A DNA stretch of 64,000 nt from contig JBHGNT010000016.1 of NCBI GenBank assembly GCA_043228905.1, forward strand, positions 5,704,001 to 5,768,000, read 5' to 3'. Positions within the stretch are counted from its first letter, which is position 1. Every line of letters starts with the position of its first letter. Both the position numbers and the translations under genes were made by a program. Positions 55,481 to 64,000 of the stretch are shown piece by piece. Origin of the DNA: Azolla caroliniana. Taxonomy: Eukaryota; Plantae; Polypodiophyta. The notes under the pieces were generated by a model. That model worked only from the letters and a program-made list of their open reading frames with translations, ran no database searches and had not been told where the DNA came from.

Positions 55481-57560
55481 GTTATGTTATCTTGAGTGTC
55501 CCCGACTTTAAAATATGTGTTTTGGTTATATTCTCAACACATTGATTGTTTTTTTACTCAGGCATCCTAAAGAGCAAGTGGGGGAATTCTCTCTTAATTC
55601 TAAAGATTTAGGAATGGACTATGTATGTGTTAAGTATCGCAAAGCTTGTGTAGCCCATGTTTTTTACTAATAAAATGCCTTCCACACATTTATTCTATTT
55701 ATACACCTATCTCTCAATTTGCCATTATGTCGATTCATTAATAACGCTTGATTGCCTACGTAGCATTCAATGTTGAGTAACTCACATATATACTAGAATC
55801 TAGATTGGTTCGGTGAAGCAATCCTATGTGCATGCTTTACTAGACTTCTCACAAGGACAATAAACCAAGATACTCATAAGATAGAGTCAAGGAGATGGAA
55901 AACCATCATAATTGTACCATACCATAAAAGCAAAGGATAAGGAAATGATTGCCTCATTTGATTGTAATTTGTGACACGTGGAAAGATTATGCCTTTGTGT
56001 TACGTATTTGCTTTGTTGATTGCTTCATCTACACATTTATGTGAGTTTGCATGGATATCGGATTAGTTGAACACTCAACCTTGTCGGTTGCAATCCTTTG
56101 AAAAGGGTCATCGTCAATGAATATTTTTCAAAACTTGTGAGACATTATAATGAAATTTTATAATCCTTGTCGATTAGAATAGGTTTTTACACCATTGTGA
56201 CTCTCAAAAGGGTAAATATGATTGTGAAATTAAAGCAGAAGTTGGAGAAGGGTCACTATTGAATATTTTTTCAAACTATTGATATGATTGTTAAACCATA
56301 TCATTCTAGAAGTGGTATTTATAAAACCGGAACACTTGTAAAGATAAATATATATAAATTTAAACATGAAGATAAAAAATAAATGGATAGATTTAAAGCA
56401 TTAATTGCTTGGCCACCATCAACTGCGTGTGACTAACTCAAGTCAAATGTCACAAATTTTGGTCAGCAAAAATCAATATTTGTTGCTAGCATCCAACTTT
56501 TTCCCGACAATATTATGTCATGAAATAGCTTGATAAAAAATGTTGCAAGGAAACAAAAAAAATAAGCCGAAATAATTCAAATATTTATATTGTGTTTTCA
56601 TATTTTTGGCAATATAGGGTTTTTTTAGTTTATTTTCATTAAAATATATGATGCTTTGGGATTTGCATGCGACAAAAGAAATACGTAAGTTGCGTCCAAA
56701 TGAGAGACCGAGAGAGTTTGACCATAAGGAACATCATTGGCGTGAGTAAATAATAACCCCTCACTATTCCAAAAGTTTCCATGTATCTCTTCTATGGTTT
56801 CATTCAATGTATCTTATTGACCTTCCGATAGCTCTCTACTCTCACATTATTCATCCTTTTCCATTTTTTGACATCGTCATGGATTTGCCTCCATATCCCA
56901 CATTTAGATCTCAAGCGGCATCAAATGGTTATCAAGGGACACATATCCCCTTCATAATATCTTCTAATGACTTAATTTACAATGTCCGCCAAAGTTTAAC
57001 GATTCTATTCACAAGCTTGTTAAATGAGTATATTTCGTGTTTGATGTTTCCCTAATCTTAGCTCTTGAATAAATCATGATGACTTGGAAGAATCTCATTA
57101 TTTTCATAAAGTTTGTAATGGCGTTGTGTGAAACGAATGTTCATATGGTTCCAAGAACTCTAGGTCCCATGGGGGAAAAGTAATTGTGTGAGGGCAATCA
57201 TCTCTCTCTCTCTTCCCTACTAGAAAGTTGTTTGATAAGTCAACTTAGGCCTTGCATTTAGAGCTCAACTCTGAGCATGACAAATGCATAGACTCCTTTC
57301 TGTTTTCTTACTTGGCATGCACCAAGCGTTGGTTCCCAACTTTCTCATATCTATATTAAACCCTTTCCCCCCCTAATTTATTAGATGCCACTTGACAATG
57401 TAGGGGTTCAACACACAATCTTTTTGTCTCCCATCAAACAACATTCCTAATGGTCATCCACTATTACAATCACAAACCACATTTTCCATTGGATATGCCA
57501 AATGAAATTGCTCCACCTCAAGACTGGTTTATGGTGTGGCCTATCTATAGAGAGGGGTGT

Positions 57561-57592
<32 letters not shown>

Positions 57593-57875
57593 CCACCACT
57601 TCGAAATATATTTTATGGGCAAAAGACCATAACTATTAAACTTGAGTAATACCAAGTAAAAAATATAGACATGATAAGGATGATATGAGGTTTTTTGATA
57701 CTATAGTAAAAGAAAATGACCAAAATAACATCATTTATTAACTAAAGTGGATAGATCCACGATTTCAATCAGCAAATCATATGGAACGAAAGAAGCGAAG
57801 CTAACCCCAAGGGTTAAACCCATGGGGAGGCAAATGTTGCATTTAGTAACACTATTGTCTATTTTACTTAAGGCA

Positions 57876-58081
57876 TCACAAAACATGTGAGTTTTCATCT
57901 TAAAACATGACAACAAAAGGAACATCACTCATACAATGTTCAAAATGAACATGTAGTAGAAGGTTGGGTATTTGCCATTCACAAAACATGTGAGTTTTCA
58001 TCTTAAAACATGACGACAAAAGGAACATGACTCATACAATGTTCAAAATGAACATGTAGTGGAAGGTAGGGTATTTGCCAT
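57876..58081. repeat. 103-bp tandem duplication
   Basis: TCACAAAACATGTGAG...GGGTATTTGCCAT starts at 57876 and 57979, with about 4 mismatches. Confidence 0.92.
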
Positions 58082-58222
58082 TAGACTTACTATCAGTGTC
58101 TTCTTGCTACTAGAATTGTTACAAATGCCCAATAGGTGGAGAATTATGACAAAGAAAAGCATCTTTCATATGCATTGCATGCTTATATGAATTTTGACAA
58201 TTATGAAGATTGATGAATATGC

Positions 58223-58848
58223 TGTTAGATATAATCAATGATCAGCCCCAAGTTGTAAATCTATCCCCATATGTGCTCTTAGAGTGCACATTTTGTGATA
58301 GCGCCCCAAATGAGGAGCGGCTAGTGTGCAACTCGACCATATGGGTCGATAAGGTGCTAATCTAGGAAACCGTAGATGCGTAGGACACAATATATTTAGG
58401 AAAGAGAGAAATAGATAAAAGGATTGGCTAATCAAGTCAGCTAGAATATTTTGTGGGCAAGTTACGATGTACTTAGTCTTGAAGTATGCGTCATTGACTT
58501 CAAGATAAGTATTATGTAGCACTAGCCTGTACCTAGGGAGTTGGGTCATATTAAATGACAAGTCAGTTGACAGAAAAGGAATATCTCCACTACTGTCAAC
58601 TGACTTGCACATTTATACTAAGACCAAACATAGATTATAAGTCACTTTTCTCACACAGTGGTCAGATTGATCATTAGTCCCCACTAATTTTGTAGTGAGC
58701 CGGTCCATATCCTATCTAAGCTCTAAGGTGTGAGCGCATGGGAAAACTACCATTTTGAACTACTCTCATATGTAATAGAAATTTTGTTTTCATATATCCA
58801 TCTCTGCAGTTGTAACTCTATATACCTATCTACTCGATTCTCAATATT
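58223..58848 (+). repeat. 5' LTR of the right copia element
   Basis: Starts TGTTAGAT; direct repeat of 63046-63671; the 3' end is ambiguous by a few nt. Confidence 0.93.
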
Positions 58849-58956
58849 TCTAATTTGGTATCAGAGCGAAGAGGTTGATCTAGATTAGGTATATACGGGT
58901 AGTTGCTGTCTAGCAACAGAGAGAAATAGAGAGAGAGAGAGAGAGACAGAGTATCA

Positions 58957-61900
58957 ATGGCCTTGTCCACGAATGTTGCAGCTGCTCCATTGCGCATTCG
59001 CCCACCTCCATTGTCTGATGGAAAGCTAGATGGAACCAACTACACTCTATGGAAGTTCAAAATGTCTGCCATTTTGGATTCCTACGAGTTGTTGGAAACA
59101 ATCATGGGACCCACAGGGGGAGACCCTGAGCCCATGGCAACCTTTGACCCCGCACACCCTACCACATCAATTCCTCCAAATGCTGATCTACTTCGAGCCT
59201 GGAAGAGAAGGAATGCTGATGCGCTATGTACCATAGTCACTGGTGTATGTGACTCCGTACTAACACTAGTGCAACATACAACTAGGGCACATGAAGCTTG
59301 GAGCATATTGGCCAGCCAGTATGAGACCAGAAACTATACAAGGATACAAAACCTCGAAAATCAGCTTGCTGCAGAGAAGCTCGCTGATGGAGAGAAAGTA
59401 GAATCCTTTGTAAAAAGGATTAAGGATCTTCAAGATCAGCTGGCGGCTGTAGGAGTAGTCGTCTCTCAAGAGGATATGGCTCGTCGGTGCATTCGAGTAC
59501 TTCCTTTCAAGTATGATGGCATTGTGACAGCATTGAACACTCAGGTTCGACCCACTCCTTTAAAATTTGATGAACTAAGTGCAATGCTGCTTGAAGAGGA
59601 GCTTCGGCTGAAGACAAGAGAAGAAAGGGAAGATTCAGCATTTGTCTCTAGGACTAAGGGTGAAGGGGCATCCAATTCAAACAATGCGAATAGGATACCG
59701 AAGAAGAAGAAGTTCAATGGATCGTGTTTCTACTGTGACAAGAAGGGTCACACAATCAAGGATTGTCGAAAGAAGATGGCGGATGAGAAGAATGGTTCTA
59801 ATAAGACTTCTTGGAGAGAGCCCGAGTCCGCTAACAATGTCGTAGATGAACTTGAGTTATGGGTCGCAACTGAAGAAGTGTGTTCTTCAGTTGACACTCA
59901 AGTTGTTGATGAGTCTTGGATTCTCGATAGTGGAGCATCCCGACATATGACCAGTAATCGTGACTGGTACAGTTCTTGGACACCTCTACAAGAGCCCATC
60001 AATGTTGTGGTCGGGAACAATGCTCGATGTCCGGCCAAAGGAACCGGAACCGTCTCCCTCAAAGCAACGACCGGTGGGACAAAGCATCTCTCTCAAGTGT
60101 TGTACATGCCAGATCTGAAGAAGAATCTACTGTCCATTTCTGCACTGACTGACAAGGGTCTTGATGTTCGATTCAAGAAGTCGGGTGCAGAAATAACAGA
60201 TTCTGCTGGCAAGGTTGTAGGAATAGGGGTGAGGCGCAACAATCTCTATGAGCTGAGCGCGTTTACCATTTCTACTGACCACAGCACAAGTACCAACACA
60301 AAGCAATGGCATGAGAGATTTGGGCATCTCAACGTTGCTGTGTTGAAGGAGATGAAGAAGTCGAATATGGTAGTTGGGTTGCCAACCCTATCTGACTTAA
60401 GTCATGTTTGTGATGCTTGTATGATGGGCAAGCATCAAAGATCAGCCATTCCAAAAGAGAGTCAAAATCGGGCAAAGACTCCTCTACAGCTAATACACAT
60501 TGACCTCTCTAGAAAAATGGTGACTCCTGCAATGGGTGGATCTCTCTACTATATGCTAATAGTCGACGACTTCAGCAGAAAGATGTGGGTTTACTTCCTT
60601 CGGGAGAAGGCTGAAGCTTTTAAAATCTTCAAAAGATGGCATAAGTTTGTCGAGCGAGAGTCTGGAAAGTTAGTGAAGGAGCTACGCTCTGATCGAGGTG
60701 GAGAATTCTTATCAATAGAATTCTGTGAGTATTGCAAAGAGCATGGAATTAAGCGCCAACTTACAACTGCCTACACCCCACAACAAAATGGCGTTGTCGA
60801 ACGTCGAAATCGAACAGTTGTCGAGATGGCTAGGTGTATGTTGAAGGCACAAGCGCTGCCCGACCCATTCTGGGCTGAAGCAGTGAACACAGCAGTTTAC
60901 ATCCTCAATCGGAGCTACACGAAGGCACTTCAAGGGAAAACACCCCAAGAAGCTTATTCAGGCAAGAAACCTTCAGTGCTGCACTTCAGAACCTTTGGGT
61001 GTATGTGCTACGCACATATTCCAGATGTGAGCAGAAAGAAGTTGGATGCTAAAAGCAAAAAGTGTATCTTTCTCGGATATAGTGAAGAGTCAAAGGCCTA
61101 TCGACTCTACGATCCAGAGGCAAGAAAGATATTGACAAGCCGCGATGTGGTGTTCGATGAGGAACAACCACAGCTAGCTGAGAACAACGATTCTCAAGTT
61201 ATCTCATCAACTGAAGAAGTATTTTACCCAATCCCGACCCATTATCCAAAAAAGGAAGCTGAACCATCTGATGGTAATGGTTCACTAGTTCAGCCTATGC
61301 CAGTCCCACATGTAAAGAAAATACCTAAGTGGGCTCAACAACTCTTCAATGATCATACTCCTAAAGTTGAGTTTCCTGAAACTTCAACTGATGGATTACG
61401 AAGATCAAGAAGAATACAGGAGCAAGGAAGAACCTCTGACCACATTGTCAACATGGCTCTGATGGTGGACATCATAGGCTCAGTGAGTGAGCCGACCTCG
61501 GTGGAGGAAGCTATGGCCGACCCGAAGTGGAAAGAGGCGATGATATCAGAATATGATAGCATCATGAAAAATGACACATGGGAGTTGGTAGAGAGGCCAA
61601 CAAAGAAGAAGGTGATAGGCACGAAGTGGGTATGGAAAGTAAAGTATAAAGCTGATGGCTCTTTGGAGAAATTCAAGGCCAGGCTAGTAGCGCAAGGATA
61701 CTCCCAAATTGAAGGGTTCGATGTACAAGAAACATTTGCCCCGACAGCTCGCATGACAATAATTCGAATGGTCATAGCGTTGGCTGCTTCAAGAGGATGG
61801 CCGATTTATCAAATGGATGTCAAATCAGCATTTCTGAATAGGCATCTCAAGGAGGAGGTATATGTGACACAACCACCGGGGTTTGAGATACCGAATTCAG

Positions 61901-63051
61901 AAAACAAAGTTTGCAAGCTGAAGAAGGCACTATATGGTCTAAAGCAAGCACCAAGAGCTTGGAACAAGAGGATAGACAGCTTCTTACGATCAATCGACTT
62001 TAAGCAATGTGCTTCGGATGCAAGTATGTATGTCAAAATGAAGGACGGGAAACAAGTCATCATTATCATTTACGTGGATGATCTAGTACTTACTGGTGAC
62101 CATGAAGAGTGCATTGGCCAAACACAAGAGTGTTTGAAAACTGAGTTTGAAATGACAGACTTGGGGATTCTACACTACTTCCTTGGAATTGAGGTTTGGC
62201 AAACCTCGGTCGGCATCTTCATGTCACAAAGAAAGTATGCAACAGAGATCTTGAAGACCTTCGGGATGATGGACAGCAAGTCGAAGTCGACTCCAATGGA
62301 GTCAAACTGCAAGCTATCCCAAGAAGACTCATCACCAATGGTTGACATAAGGAAGTATAGACAACTAGTAGGAAGTCTAATTTTCCTATGCAACACTAGG
62401 CCGGATATTTGTTTTGCAGTCAATGTGGTGAGTCGATTCAGCAACAAGCCGAAGGAGACTCATTGGAAAGCTGCTCTACGTGTATTAAAGTACATTGTGG
62501 GTACTTTAAATTATGGAATCTTCTACAAGCCAACAATTGACCAACTTAGTGGATATTGCGACTCCGATTGGGCTGGAGATAGTGATTCCAGAAAATCAGT
62601 TTCTGGATATTGTTTTTCAATAGGATCTGGAGCTGTTTCATGGAGTAGTAAAAAACAACCAACAGTGGCACTATCTTCAACGGAGGCAGAATACAAAGCA
62701 GCATGCATAGCGGCATGCGAGGTAGTTTGGCTAAGAAGAATCCTTATGGATGTGGCAGTCCCAATAAGGACGGCAACGGTATTGAGGTGTGACAATCAGA
62801 GTTGCATGGCCATTGCCAAGAACCCCGTATTTCATGCACGTACTAAACACATAGAGATTCAGTATCACTATGTGCGGGAGCTAATAAATGATGAGATTGT
62901 GGAGCTTGAGTACTGTCCAACATCAGAAAATGCTGCAGATATCTTCACAAAGGCGCTTGGAGCAGAACAGTTGCAACAACACCTTCGACGACTAGGTGTT
63001 GGCCCAATTCCAAGTGAACTCAATGGGTTGATCATTGAGGGGGCGTGTTAG
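58957..63051 (+). CDS. Copia gag-pol polyprotein (1364 aa)
   Basis: Zinc knuckle [14 protein letters not shown], protease WILDSGAS, integrase ([29 protein letters not shown]), RT ([14 protein letters not shown]) and RNase H (DSDWAG, STEAEY, CDNQS, ADIFTK) in copia order. The stop codon lies inside the 3' LTR. Confidence 0.97.
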   Translation: MALSTNVAAAPLRIRPPPLSDGKLDGTNYTLWKFKMSAILDSYELLETIMGPTGGDPEPMATFDPAHPTTSIPPNADLLRAWKRRNADALCTIVTGVCDSVLTLVQHTTRAHEAWSILASQYETRNYTRIQNLENQLAAEKLADGEKVESFVKRIKDLQDQLAAVGVVVSQEDMARRCIRVLPFKYDGIVTALNTQVRPTPLKFDELSAMLLEEELRLKTREEREDSAFVSRTKGEGASNSNNANRIPKKKKFNGSCFYCDKKGHTIKDCRKKMADEKNGSNKTSWREPESANNVVDELELWVATEEVCSSVDTQVVDESWILDSGASRHMTSNRDWYSSWTPLQEPINVVVGNNARCPAKGTGTVSLKATTGGTKHLSQVLYMPDLKKNLLSISALTDKGLDVRFKKSGAEITDSAGKVVGIGVRRNNLYELSAFTISTDHSTSTNTKQWHERFGHLNVAVLKEMKKSNMVVGLPTLSDLSHVCDACMMGKHQRSAIPKESQNRAKTPLQLIHIDLSRKMVTPAMGGSLYYMLIVDDFSRKMWVYFLREKAEAFKIFKRWHKFVERESGKLVKELRSDRGGEFLSIEFCEYCKEHGIKRQLTTAYTPQQNGVVERRNRTVVEMARCMLKAQALPDPFWAEAVNTAVYILNRSYTKALQGKTPQEAYSGKKPSVLHFRTFGCMCYAHIPDVSRKKLDAKSKKCIFLGYSEESKAYRLYDPEARKILTSRDVVFDEEQPQLAENNDSQVISSTEEVFYPIPTHYPKKEAEPSDGNGSLVQPMPVPHVKKIPKWAQQLFNDHTPKVEFPETSTDGLRRSRRIQEQGRTSDHIVNMALMVDIIGSVSEPTSVEEAMADPKWKEAMISEYDSIMKNDTWELVERPTKKKVIGTKWVWKVKYKADGSLEKFKARLVAQGYSQIEGFDVQETFAPTARMTIIRMVIALAASRGWPIYQMDVKSAFLNRHLKEEVYVTQPPGFEIPNSENKVCKLKKALYGLKQAPRAWNKRIDSFLRSIDFKQCASDASMYVKMKDGKQVIIIIYVDDLVLTGDHEECIGQTQECLKTEFEMTDLGILHYFLGIEVWQTSVGIFMSQRKYATEILKTFGMMDSKSKSTPMESNCKLSQEDSSPMVDIRKYRQLVGSLIFLCNTRPDICFAVNVVSRFSNKPKETHWKAALRVLKYIVGTLNYGIFYKPTIDQLSGYCDSDWAGDSDSRKSVSGYCFSIGSGAVSWSSKKQPTVALSSTEAEYKAACIAACEVVWLRRILMDVAVPIRTATVLRCDNQSCMAIAKNPVFHARTKHIEIQYHYVRELINDEIVELEYCPTSENAADIFTKALGAEQLQQHLRRLGVGPIPSELNGLIIEGAC

Positions 63052-63671
63052 ATATAATCAATGATCAGCCCCAAGTTGTAAATCTATCCCCATATGTGCT
63101 CTTAGAGTGCACATTTTGTGATAGCGCCCCAAATGAGGAGCGGCTAGTGTGCAACTCGACCATATGGGTCGATAAGGTGCTAATCTAGGAAACCGTAGAT
63201 GCGTAGGACACAATATATTTAGGAAAGAGAGAAATAGATAAAAGGATTGGTTAATCAAGTCAGCTAGAATATTTCGTGGGCAAGTTACGATGTACTTAGT
63301 CTTGAAGTATGCGTCATTGACTTCAAGATAAGTATTATGTAGCACTAGCCTGTACCTAGGGAGTTGGGTCATATTAAATGACAAGTCAGTTGACAGAAAA
63401 GGAATATCTCCACTACTGTCAACTGACTTGCACATTTATACTAAGACCAAACATAGATTATAAGTCACTTTTCTCACACAGTGGTCAGATTGATCATTAG
63501 TCCCCACTAATTTTGTAGTGAGCCGGTCCATATCCTATCTAAGCTCTAAGGTGTGAGCGCATGGGAAAACTACCATTTTGAACTACTCTCATATGTAATA
63601 GAAATTCTGTTTTCATATATCCATCTCTGCAGTTGTAACTCTATATACCTATCTACTCGATTCTCAATATT
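63046..63671 (+). repeat. 3' LTR of the right copia element
   Basis: Follows the PPT and is near-identical to the 5' LTR. Confidence 0.93.
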
Positions 63672-64000
63672 GCTAGTGTTTGTAAGTATCATATTTAAAA
63701 TTCATATCAAGTACTTCTAAACATATCCTAGTTTCTATAGTCCAAGGTGATCATCACCAACAAAACACGAAGACTAAAATAAAAATTCATCGTAAGCAAT
63801 TTACCATATTTAGATGCTCAAATATAAGCATGGCCCTAATGCAATGTAATATATAATGTACCATATCATTTGAAACTAGTTGGCAATAATGATTTCTATG
63901 TAACCTTCTTGAAAACTCCCAAATTTATGATTAATACTTCCAAAGAGGCTCAGAGATACATAATTTTAGAATAACCTAACATGAGGAAGCTTGAACCACC

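Larger units (their letters stand above)
58223..63671 (+). mobile_element. Full-length young Ty1/copia LTR retrotransposon
   Basis: LTRs at 58223 to about 58848 and 63046 to about 63671 (offset 4823; 3 C/T differences seen). PBS TGGTATCAGAGC at 58856-58867; PPT TGAGGGGGCG before 63046; single gag-pol ORF. Confidence 0.97.

Noticed and set aside
58235-58612. 125-aa antisense ORF duplicated at 63058-63435
   Set aside because: It lies wholly in the LTRs and has no recognisable motif; the duplication simply reflects the LTR pair.

Overview
Eukaryotic land-plant nuclear DNA. It is AT-rich, has GT-AG introns and (AG)n/(CT)n-rich UTRs, and carries plant copia, L1 and RTE-X-like elements. A non-seed plant such as a fern is my inference, not something the sequence proves. 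A TE-rich left flank (1-16 kb) holds a decayed Ty1/copia element, four TSD-bounded solo LTRs (one nested in another) and LINE remnants. A gene island follows, with TRS33/TRAPPC6 (-), RPT3 (+), the acetolactate synthase small subunit (+, 12 exons, one GC-AG intron, two LINEs in intron 6), exosome RRP42 (+) and an unannotated spliced gene (-) whose product resembles an NTF2/SnoaL fold and has two uORFs. The right flank has a 0.5-kb microsatellite, a tRNA-derived SINE, a tandem array of (GA)n-associated LINE 3' ends and a young, single-ORF copia element. The most interesting observations are: an LTR family carrying an antisense tRNA-like Pol III cassette; the orphan SnoaL-like gene; a possible 36-nt cassette exon in RPT3 made by duplication of the exon-1 end; a GTCACGTGAC array upstream of TRS33; a microsatellite-associated LINE family; and a 1392-bp duplication explainable by unequal crossover between two neighbouring LINE insertions. 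All exon coordinates were derived by hand from splice signals and remembered homologue sequences; no database searches were run.
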